From positions 448,001 to 512,000 of the forward strand of contig CAWFQB010000003.1 in assembly GCA_963817895.1 (NCBI GenBank): 64,000 nt of DNA, written 5' to 3'. Every line of letters begins with the position of its first letter. Within the stretch, counting starts at the first letter, position 1. Position numbers and translations under genes: made by a program. The notes beneath the pieces are model-generated. The model searched no databases. It was not told where the DNA came from and saw nothing but the letters and a program-made list of their open reading frames with translations. Origin of the DNA: an uncultured Chthonomonadaceae bacterium (lineage in GTDB: Bacteria; Armatimonadota; Chthonomonadetes; Chthonomonadales; Chthonomonadaceae). Shown in pieces: positions 30,768 through 40,336 of the stretch.

Positions 30768-33287
30768 CTATTCCCGCCCGACACCACTTTCGGGATTGAG
30801 AATGTTTTCGATCTGCGTTTTGCAGTCGCGCAGGTGCAGCAGCGTGGCGGTATCCGTGGTTTTGGGAATCACGGCGTTCACTTTTTGCTGCAAACTGCGC
30901 AGCGCGCCAATGGCGACCGGGCGGAACTCGCTTTGCGAGGCGCTGTCCCCGACAAGGCGCGGCTGTAGGGTTTTCAGGTAAGCGCGCTGCAGGTTGCGGC
31001 GGCACAGGTCAATTTTCGGGGAAGGAGTCGCCAGTTCCGACCAGATTCCGTTCTGCACATCGGAAACCAGTTCCGAAACCGTGTAGGTGGGCGCGCCCGT
31101 AGCTTCGCGATCCATCAGGCGCTGTACACGGCTTTCCGCCAGCAGGCCGCTGCAGAATAATCGTCTGGCTGCTCAAAACCCGATTGGCGACGCCGCCGAA
31201 CTCGATGCGGTTCAGAATGTCCGGAGCCATCAGCGAACGGGGCGTGGAAAAGGCGTTGTCCACCAGGAACCGAACCGCCTCCGCCTGCTTTGCTTTCGGA
31301 ACCGGGCGATATACTTCCGCGCCGTGTCCCACGTGGTAGTCCGTCTGCGTCACGCCGCCGACAAGTTTCACCACATGGGTCAATTCCGTGATGCGCTGGT
31401 TGAGAAGTCTGGCCGTACATCTCCTGAAGCATGCTGTAATCGTCGCCATAGCGGGTGGTCGTGGCAAGCAGCAGATGCGTATTCCGCTCCAGATTTTTCA
31501 GGCCATACGTGGTCGCCTCAATCGGGTCTGAACCCAGATCTTCCATTTGAACGGTAGGGTCAACCCGCGAGTTGGCATCCTCGCCGCCAAAGCGAAGCAT
31601 GGGATCCGTCACCTGCCGCGCCGCGATCTCGTCCAGACTCAGTCTCTCCGCGTCCTGGCGTCGTAGCGCCGGGAAACGGCTTGTAGCCCCATTCGATGGC
31701 GAACTTGTCATAGGGGCCGATGATGGGGATCAGGCGGGCGTTGTCCCCCGGCTGCGCCACATAGTTGAAGCGCCCGTAATCCATGATGGAGGCTTCATCG
31801 CCAAACTTTTCCGTGAACGCCGCGTCGCGCAGTTGCGCGGCGGTGTAGGAGGAACTGGCTTTGTGGTTGTGGCGCAGGCCGAGCGTATGCCCCACCTCGT
31901 GCGTCACAATATAGCGCAGCAGTTCGCCCATCAGCGGTTCGGGAAGCGGCAGAGTCTGCGCGCGCTTGTCCAGACACGCCACCTGCGCGAAGTACCACTG
32001 CTCCGACAATTTCATCACGTCATGCCATATAATGACATGCGCGGACAGGATTTCGCCCGTACGCGGGTCGCTGATGTGCGGGCCGACGGCGTTTTCAATC
32101 GGCTGCGCGGCCCATCGGATCACCGAATAGCGCGCGTCTTCCGGGTCCCAGTTCGGGTCTTCCAGTTCGGTCGGGGCGTCTTTGGCGATAATGGCATGGG
32201 AGAAACCCGCCTGCTCGAAGCACGACGACCACGCTTCGATTCCCTGCTTCAGGGCAAAGCGATACTTTTCCGGCACTTCCCGGCTGATGTAGTAGACAAT
32301 GGGCTTGACCGGATCGGAAACTTTTGCTGTCGGGTCCTTCTTTTCCAGCCGATAGCGGTTGATGAACTCCCGATCTTTCACCCGGTTCTCATTGCTGCCG
32401 TAGTCGGAAAAGCTATCGGTGAAATAGCCGACGCGCGAATCGTAGTAGCGGCCCTGCATGGGTTTTTCCGGCAGCAGCACAAGACTGTGATGAACCGTTG
32501 TCGTAATGCCGCCTCGCGCGCTGTAAGTGACAACGGCGCGGGCTTCAATGTTGGTCGGGAATGACTTGATGCGCTCAAGATAGGAGCGGGACGGGTCCGC
32601 GCCCCCGCCGATGGCCCCGCTGCCGGGAACAGGCCCGGCATCGCCCGCATAAAAGCGCGTGACATCAATCACCGCCGACTTGTTCGTCCCCTCGGCCTCG
32701 ACCGGAAACGTGGCGATAATCGGCGACACATTGGCCGCGTCTACGGCCTTTTGAATGGCGGTCTTGCCGTCGCCCCGCATGGTATAGGAGATGGCGCGCA
32801 GATACATCGTGTTGTTGCGCCGTGTCCAGCGAATTACTTTCTCACCGACATGTGTGCCGCCATACCCGGCTCCGGAACCTGTTTGCGCGAGTTCGGTCTG
32901 CCAGAGCATGTCCTCGTCGTACATGGCTGTGGGGATTTCAAAATACACTTTTTCATCTATCCGATGCACCGTGAACAGGCCCGTGTCGGATTTGGCTTCA
33001 GCCGTGATTACGTCCTTGTAGGCTTTAGGCGTACCCGGTTTGGGCGGCGGGGCGGCAGGTTTCGCCTCGGCGGGTTTCTGTCCCGGCGCGGGCGTGGGAG
33101 CAGGCGTTGGAGTTGGGGTAGGTGTCGGCGGAACAGGGGCGGGCGGGGCAGGAGTGGGCGCGGGAGCGGGAACAGGCGCGGGAACGGGCGTTTGCGCGGT
33201 TGCGCCGGTTGCCAGTCCCAGACTGAGCGTTAACAGAACGCCCGTTCGGACAGAGAATAAAGATGGTCGCAAATTCAACCTCCTCAA
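30768..33287 (-). CDS. secreted zinc metalloprotease (DUF5117/DUF5118/DUF4953 type), 3 indels near 31655, 31405 and 31150
   Basis: signal peptide, Pro-rich linker, DSRVGYF, DPRTGEIL, HEVGHTLGLRHN, SIMDY. Confidence 0.9.
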
Positions 33288-33569
33288 AAAGCGCGCGGCA
33301 GAACAACTGCCGCAGGATGCTGTGCATGGAAAGTGTGTTGAAAGCTAAACGTGGATATTGACGGCGTGGAATTTCGTCCGGCAGGGGAGGAGATTGCAAG
33401 CGTACACGTCTATTATACCGCAGGTTTTTTACTATTCAGCATAAATTTGCCCGGTCAAATGCCCCAATCCTGCAACGCAACCGGGTAAACTTACCGGTAG
33501 GTGATAAGTCCGTCTGCATTTGATTGAGTCTGAATACTCTACTTCGTGAAGTCAGAAAGGAACAGAACC

Positions 33570-34007
33570 GTGAACGCTTACGAAATATTTTTTTCTCTGT
33601 TCAGCGCGCTGGTAGTTCCCGTCTACCTGCTGATGATTTTCGCCCCCCGCTGGCCGAACACGCAGAAAATCATGTCCTCGCTGTGGATCGTTGTGCCGTT
33701 CATGCTGGCGTATGCCGTGCTGGAGATACCCAACGCCCTGCCCGCGATCCCCCTGTTCCTGCGCCCTACCCTGCCCGGTATCCGCGCCCTGCTTGGTTCC
33801 GAGTCGGGGGGAGCGCTGGCGTGGCTGCACTTCATCGCCGCCGATCTGTTTGTGGGGCGCTGGATATACATGGACAGTCGCAAGCACAATATGAATGTAT
33901 GGCTGATGGGACCGATTTTGTTTGTCAATATTCTGTTCTGCCCGCTCGTGTTCATAGTCTATCTGCTTATCCGCAAAGTAGCTGTGCCAACCGCGCCCAT
34001 GGAGTAG
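33570..34007 (+). CDS. ABA4-like (DUF4281) membrane protein
   Basis: LLMIFAPRW, AWLHFIAADLFVGRWIYMD. Confidence 0.85.
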   Translation: MNAYEIFFSLFSALVVPVYLLMIFAPRWPNTQKIMSSLWIVVPFMLAYAVLEIPNALPAIPLFLRPTLPGIRALLGSESGGALAWLHFIAADLFVGRWIYMDSRKHNMNVWLMGPILFVNILFCPLVFIVYLLIRKVAVPTAPME

Positions 34008-34044
34008 CTCCACCCCTTCAGAAGAGACATGATACAAAAGCAAA

Positions 34045-34078
34045 GGCGTCAGGACAAACTTTCATTTGTCCTGACGCC
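34045..34078. terminator. hairpin terminator
   Basis: ggcgtcaggacaaa / tttgtcctgacgcc. Confidence 0.7.
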
Positions 34079-34104
34079 CTCTATCTCTGATACCTTCCGT
34101 CTTC

Positions 34105-34761
34105 TCACACCGCCATAAACGTATCCTGGTACGGAGCCAGCCGTTCGCGCAGCATGGTGCGAGCGCGGTTCAGGCGGGATTTCACCGTTCCAATGGACAG
34201 ACCCGTCGCTTCGGCGATCTCTTCATAGGACTTGCCTTCGGTGTGGTACATGCGCAACACCTGGCGCTGATACGCGGGCAGGTGGTGGATGGCTTTCGCC
34301 AGCAGAACCGCCGTCTCGTTGTCCATGCACAGAGCTTCGGGCGAGGGAGACGGGTCCATCACGTCGCGGCCTGCGGTGGGTTCGTTGTCGCCGGTGGGAC
34401 TGGCATCCAGGCTCAGATGGCTGCGATGCGCGGGGCGAACGCACAGGTCAAGATAGGTATTGCGGACGATGCGGAACAGCCATGAGGTGAAACTGGCTTC
34501 GTTGCGGAAGGTGTGCAGGTTCTGGTACAGGCGAAGGAACACCTGTCCGGCAATGTCGCCCGCCTCTTCATGGTTGCGGCACAGGGAGTACGCGAACTTG
34601 TAAACAGACTTCTCGTAGCGGCGGAGAAGGGAATTCCAGGCGGCGGTATCGCCGGCTTTGCAGCGCTCCAGCAAAACGGCTTCAGTGATCGAATCGGAAC
34701 TGGCGGCTGCGGTGGGGCGCGTGGTTGTCGCGCCGGACTGGGTCTGAATCATCGGGTTCAT
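34105..34761 (-). CDS. ECF sigma-70 factor
   Basis: FTSWLFRIVRN (region 2); SYEEIAEATGLSIGTVKSRLNRAR (region 4). Confidence 0.93.
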   Translation of the reverse strand: MNPMIQTQSGATTTRPTAAASSDSITEAVLLERCKAGDTAAWNSLLRRYEKSVYKFAYSLCRNHEEAGDIAGQVFLRLYQNLHTFRNEASFTSWLFRIVRNTYLDLCVRPAHRSHLSLDASPTGDNEPTAGRDVMDPSPSPEALCMDNETAVLLAKAIHHLPAYQRQVLRMYHTEGKSYEEIAEATGLSIGTVKSRLNRARTMLRERLAPYQDTFMAV

Positions 34762-35333
34762 GCTGGCTCTCCTGACATGGGCGGAAGCGGTTTCCATCGT
34801 CGGTTGGACGAGTGGGGAAATCGGCTTATCAATGTGTGTGTTACAACGGTACTACCGCAGACAAACACGGCCTGCCTGGAGCGACGAACAATGCCGCGCC
34901 ATCAAACGAAACAGGGTTGCAGACAATCTGCAACGTGGGCGATTACGCCCGGGGGTTACACGCAACAGCGGAAAAATGGCGGAACTTAAAAACAAAAACG
35001 CGACTCTGTATCCTGTAAGATGGATTCAACAGAAGCGGGGCGACATGCCAAACTTGTTGATAAACTCTTAACCGAAACAAAGACGCGCGTGGCCTGGGTT
35101 CAGGCGACTGTCATAGCCACCGTACACCTATTAAATTGTGCCGTTATTCAATTTCACTACTCTCATCTAACTTTTATATTCTACCATGCCCGCTCGCCAT
35201 CTGTCAAGGGCGTCTGCAAAAATATTTTTCGCCGGTAATGTATCGCGGCGGCAGGTATCTTTTCTGCCGCCGCGCCTGTTCACAACAAAGTTCGCTGTTG
35301 CCGAATCTCTATCAACTATCAACTTCTGGCTCC

Positions 35334-36192
35334 TCATCCCTGCGCCCGCCACACCTGGCCCGGAATGCGCGGGCCTAACTCTACGGATTGCGCCTGCTCC
35401 GACCAGACCTCGAAGCGCGTCAGGGGGGCCGAGCCGAACGAAGTGGTCAGGGCGCAATCCGCCGCGTCGCGTCCCGTCGCCATCAGCACATGCCCGATGC
35501 GCGGCACATTGAAACGCGCGTCCCACGTCCACCACTGCCCGCCCAGATATGCCTCGAACCACGCGCTGAAATCCATCGGGCCGGGTAGAACCTCCACGCC
35601 ATGATCGCCGAGCCAGCCGGTCGCGTATCGGGCGGGAATGTTCATACAGCGACAGAATGTAATCGCGAGATGCTGAAAATCGCGGCACACGCCCTTGCCC
35701 GTCTCATGCACATCCCACGCGGTTTTGGTGTAGTGCGCGTGCTGGTAGCCGAACGTAACGTGGTTGTGTACCCAATCGCAAATCGCCTGCACTTTGCCCC
35801 ACCCCGGCGGAACCTGCCCGAACAGTTTCCAGGCGGTATCCGTCAGTTTGTCCACTTCGCAGTAGCGGCTCGGCAACAGAAACTGCAAACACTCGTCAGG
35901 CAGATCCTCCACGCGATGCTGAACGGCATCCGGGGCGGACGGGGTAGGCAGTCCATCATCCTCTACAATCATGTCCCCTGTCAGCGTCAGTTTGCCCGCA
36001 GCGGGCATACAGGCGGGCGCAGCGATTGCCGAAACTGTCCGTGAAATCGTGAATGGGCGTTTCGGGCGTCGCGTGTATGGTGTCCGGCAGCCGCAGCAGG
36101 GGCGCGGCGGACGGGTGCGCGTATAATAGCGCCATCATCGGGGTCGGGGCCGGCAAATCAAAGCCGATGTCATAGCCAACGCGAATCAACAT
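35334..36192 (-). CDS. transglutaminase-like protein (indel near 36010)
   Basis: MLIRVGYDI, GVCRDFQH, DFSAWFE, GRDAAD. Confidence 0.9.
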
Positions 36193-36378
36193 GGGTTTTC
36201 TTCTCCTCGTCTTCTCGTCTGAAATCGTTACTGCGCTCTGCTCGGTTCGCAGGCGCAAATTGATACTTTCTGCTTCTTTTTGCTCTTCTTTTCAATTTTA
36301 CTCTGGTTGGCTTGCAGGTTATCGGCCCTTCGACGTTGAATAGACCACGCAGTTCGGTTTTGATTCTACCATAAGGAG

Positions 36379-36510
36379 AGGTGTTAGGTGTTAGGTGTCA
36401 GGTGTTAGGGAAAACAGTCTGCTGCCATTGGTTCTCGATTTCAGCCGTAGAATCAACCGTGCAGGCACTGTCCTGACACCTAATACCTAACACCTGACAC
36501 CTAACACCTA
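36379..36510. repeat. mirrored heptamer element, (GGTGTTA)n / (TAACACC)n
   Basis: arms 36379-36409 and 36472-36510; the variant unit ggtgtca is mirrored; ends 3 nt before the Anbu ATG. Confidence 0.9.
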
Positions 36511-36513
36511 CCT

Positions 36514-37247
36514 ATGACTTACTGCCTCGGAATTATGACGCGCTCCGGCCTTGTCATGGCCTCGGATTCGCGCACCAACGCGGGTTACGACCAGGTCAAT
36601 ACCACGCGCAAAATGCACCTGTTTTTGACGCCGGGAGAACGGGTATTTATTGTCCTCGTCAGCGGCAGCCTGTCGCTGTCGCAGTCCGTAATCGCCCTGC
36701 TGGACAAGGATTATGAGCGGGGGGAGGGACTCGCGGCGGTTACATCCATGTACGACGCGGCCCGCGACATCGGCGAACAGGTGCGCCGGGTCAGCGATCT
36801 CGACCGAGCCGCGCTGGAACGGGATGATTTTCGCTTCAACGTCAATATGCTGCTCGGCGGGCAGATTGCGGGCCAGAAGCACGACCTGTACATGATCTAT
36901 CCGCAGGGCAACCCGCTCAACGCGACGGAAGACTCGCCCTATCTTCAGATCGGCGAGGTAAAATACGGGCGTCCCATTCTGGATCGGGGCATTGCCTACG
37001 ACCGTACCAGCGTGGAAGAGGCCGCCAAGTACGCCCTGCTGTCGCTCAATTCGACCATGCGCTCCAATGTCACGGTTGGCCCGCCCATTGACTTATTGTT
37101 ATACGCGGATGGCGACCTGGACATTCGCCGCCAGCGCCGCTTTACCGACAACGACCCGGATTTGCGTGGCATCCGTCAGCAGTGGGATCAAACCCTGCGC
37201 CGGGCGTCAGCGACCTGCCCGCCCTTCACTTCTGGACAGACCCGTGA
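36514..37247 (+). CDS. proteasome-type protease Anbu (probable -1 indel near 37203)
   Basis: MTYCLGI...ASDSRTNAG, IYPQGN, QIGEVKYGRPILDR, STMRSNVTVGPP. Confidence 0.92.
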
Positions 37248-37276
37248 GGAAGGGAAAAGGGGAAAGGGAAAAGTAG

Positions 37277-38075
37277 ATGCAGACTGATAATTCTGGACGG
37301 GCGTTGGATGATGATACGCTGGACACGATGACAATTGGTTACAGCAACAGTATGCGGGTGAACGACGAAAACCGGGAGGCCAAATTCAACGGTTTTCTGG
37401 CGCAGCCTAAAGATGGAGCAAAGCGTGGGAGCGTGATCGTCGTCCACGAGATTTTTGGCCTTACGGATCATATCAAAGATGTTGCCTGTCAGATACGCGC
37501 GGCAGGGCTATACCGCGCTTGCCATCAACCTGTTCACGCGGGAGGGCGAACCGCCGCCCATTTCCGGCGGTTTCGACGCGCTGAGAGAATTTGTCGGCAA
37601 GATTACAGACGCGCAGGTGATGGGCGATCTGGACGGCGCAATGGAGTTTTTACGCGACGCGGAGGAGTCGAACGGCAAAGTTGGCATTGTCGGCTATTGC
37701 TGGGGCGGGCGGGTTGCCATGCTGTATGATGCCCACGCGCCCACGCTTGATGCCGCCATTGCCTACTACGGGCGCATTGTCGGCGAACCAACGCCCGCGC
37801 AGCCCCACAGCCCGCTCGGCCTTGCCCCACAGATGTATGCGCCCCTGCAAGGACATTTCGGCGCGGAGGATACCAGCATCACGCCCGCCCATGCCGCCCA
37901 ACTGCGCGACGCCCTGCAAGCCGCACACAAAACGGCGGAAATATACGTTTACGACAACGCCGGACACGCTTTCAACAACGAAACGCGGGAATCCTACCGC
38001 CCCGAAGCCGCAAAAATCGCTTTTGAACGCTCGTTGGAATGGTTCGGCATGTATTTGAAGTCCGCTACGGGGTAG
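37277..38075 (+). CDS. dienelactone hydrolase family protein (indel near 37492)
   Basis: VHEIFG, GYCWGG, AGHAF. Confidence 0.9.
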
Positions 38076-38137
38076 AATAAAAGTATGAATTTGGAAGTTG
38101 CTTTCGCTGCCAATCATGGCGCGGCGCAACAGATTAA

Positions 38138-38505
38138 TGATAGATGCAGAGAAGAGGAGTTTTGCGGTGGAAACGCGCTTTAAACTCACGCGGCTGATAC
38201 GAACGCAGTCCTCGGAAATTTATTTGATGTGGGATGGAGAAAAGCGCATCGGCCAGATTGATGTTCACTATGTCCACGACACCATTCACGCGACCGTGAT
38301 TTTCGAGTCGGATTTGAGCGTCGGCGAGGAAGAAGAACTGCTGGCGCAAATTGACGACGACATCGTCTCTTCCTACCTGCCCCGCTTCGAGCGCGAAGAT
38401 TTTGTCGCGCACGTTTTCCGGGGCGAGGAGATCAGCCGCTATACGGACTGTTCCGGGGCGATGGACGACATGGATGAGGACGACGATGACGAGCGGGAGG
38501 AGTAG
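38138..38505 (+). CDS. small acidic hypothetical protein
   Basis: ORF with acidic tail; GAGGAG RBS suggests GTG 38168 as an alternative start. Confidence 0.6.
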
Positions 38506-38506
38506 C

Positions 38507-39532
38507 GTGTCTCCTGTCGGTTCTCCCGAACCTATCGCGGCCCTGAATCGCGTCCGCATGGCCGAACTCGCGCTGCCCTGGGAAGCGCGGGAACCTCTTG
38601 TGGATATTCGCGCTTGCTGTCCCGGCGTGGTGTGCAATGAGGGGATTTGCCCGTACCTGCGCGTTCGCGTGGCCGACATGCTGAACCGGGCGCAGCAGTC
38701 GTTGCCAACCGGTTACAGGCTGAAAGTGGGAACCGCCCTGCGAACTCCGTCCATGCAGCGGCACGGGTGGGACAACTACTTTCAAAAAATGCGGGATGAA
38801 CACCCCGATTGGCCGCTTTCCGCCCTGCGCCGCGCCACCAACAAATACCACGCGCCCTACGACCAGAAAGCCCCGCCCGGCCACTGCACGGGCGGCGCGG
38901 TAGATGTCGGCCTGCTCGACCCCGAAGGCAACGCGCTGGACATGGTTGCGCCCACGCAGGGATGGGAAGCCGTAGACACCTTCAACACCAAAATTTCTCC
39001 CGAAGCCCGCGCCAACCGCATGTTGATGGTGGAAGCGATGCTCGGCGCGGGCTTTTCCAACTGTAGGGATGAATACTGGCACTACTCGTGGGGCGATTCG
39101 GGGTGGGCCGTCCGTGTCGGGGAGAGCGAATGTCCATACGGATGGACGTATGCGCCGCCCGCTCTTGCCGTCACAGAAGACACGCCAAACGCGCCCGAAC
39201 AGATTTTAGATACCCAACGGGACGCGCAGGGCAAACCCGTAAACGTAATGGGAACCTGCGCTTGGCCGCAGTCCACTCCCCATTTTGAGGCGCGATTATT
39301 ATGGGCGAAGCACACGCCCACCCTGCTGCGCGTGGTTTATCAACGGCATACCACTCCCGTAACGTTCTACGTGGGCAATGGCGACAGCGCGTGGGAACCC
39401 GTAACGGACATAAGGCAGGGCGAAGAAACTTGGATTCTGAACCTCACTCCCCCGTTCGACCGAACCATTCTGACCACGCAACTCCCCCCGCCCAAACCCG
39501 AAGAAGTTCCCGACAGTGGCGCAGCCGCGTAA
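38507..39532 (+). CDS. D-Ala-D-Ala dipeptidase (VanX/M15D-like) with C-terminal extension
   Basis: HCTGGAVD and EYWHYSWGD motifs. Confidence 0.85.
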   Translation: MSPVGSPEPIAALNRVRMAELALPWEAREPLVDIRACCPGVVCNEGICPYLRVRVADMLNRAQQSLPTGYRLKVGTALRTPSMQRHGWDNYFQKMRDEHPDWPLSALRRATNKYHAPYDQKAPPGHCTGGAVDVGLLDPEGNALDMVAPTQGWEAVDTFNTKISPEARANRMLMVEAMLGAGFSNCRDEYWHYSWGDSGWAVRVGESECPYGWTYAPPALAVTEDTPNAPEQILDTQRDAQGKPVNVMGTCAWPQSTPHFEARLLWAKHTPTLLRVVYQRHTTPVTFYVGNGDSAWEPVTDIRQGEETWILNLTPPFDRTILTTQLPPPKPEEVPDSGAAA

Positions 39533-39554
39533 AATTGCCGATGCGGGCCATTTC

Positions 39555-40106
39555 TTAGCGGAAGAGGTTGGCGACAGGAAAGCGCCAGCCCGCAACGGCA
39601 GGCTCGGCGTCAGCCATATCGCCGCGCCTGTAAATGGTAGGCGCATCCATTTGCCCCGCGCTGTACTTCTTGATTACGTTTTCGCTTTGCAGGTCTACGT
39701 CCCAAACCACCAGCGTTCCCGCCGCAAAGTAGTCGCGTATCTTCTGCGTAATCGCTTGCTCGGCTGCCGGCCTATAATCGTTTTCACTGCGCGTTTCGAC
39801 GGCAAAGCGAGGCGCGGCCTGCGCAAACTTCATGGTGTCAACGTCGCCGACATACCACGCCGCGTTCGGGCTGAATGATCTGCGGTTGGGCAAATCCACC
39901 ACAAAGCCGACGTTGTCCGGTAGGGCATAACCGCCTCCGAAATCCTCTTCATGGCGCACAAGGCTGAGAACAATCTTGCCTGTGGCGTAACCCGGCAGAA
40001 GTCCTGTAGGCCCTATGAGCCGCAGTTCTCCCTCAACGAGTTCGGCTTTGCCGTTTTCCGGCACGTTATACAGGTCTTGCACAGTGGCGCGTGGCGTGGC
40101 AATCAT
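39555..40106 (-). CDS. Uma2 (DUF820) family endonuclease-fold protein
   Basis: KAELVEGEL, FSPNAAWY, APRFAVETRSEND, DYFAAGTLVVWDVD. Confidence 0.9.
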   Translation of the reverse strand: MIATPRATVQDLYNVPENGKAELVEGELRLIGPTGLLPGYATGKIVLSLVRHEEDFGGGYALPDNVGFVVDLPNRRSFSPNAAWYVGDVDTMKFAQAAPRFAVETRSENDYRPAAEQAITQKIRDYFAAGTLVVWDVDLQSENVIKKYSAGQMDAPTIYRRGDMADAEPAVAGWRFPVANLFR

Positions 40107-40225
40107 CGTTTCTTCCTCCCTCTCTCCAGTATAACATAGCCCGTTCCGGTTGCTGTACCCTGTTTTGCTGTATACTGTAGTTATAGTTTTCCTGTCATAG
40201 CAGACACAGACACCACAGTTCAGGC

Positions 40226-40257
40226 GGTGATTGGTAGTTGGTGGTTGGCAGTTGGCA
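40226..40257. repeat. solo (TTGGYRG)n heptamer array
   Basis: ttggtag ttggtgg ttggcag ttggca. Confidence 0.75.
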
Positions 40258-40336
40258 TACAACCGCGTAAGTTTGTCTGCATCGCCTGAATGTACACTAA
40301 AGTGGCGCTGAATTCCTACCGGAGCGAGATGAGATT

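Noticed and set aside
35052..35062. DnaA-box-like sequence suggesting oriC
   Set aside because: Single mismatched box, no cluster and no dnaA/dnaN nearby.
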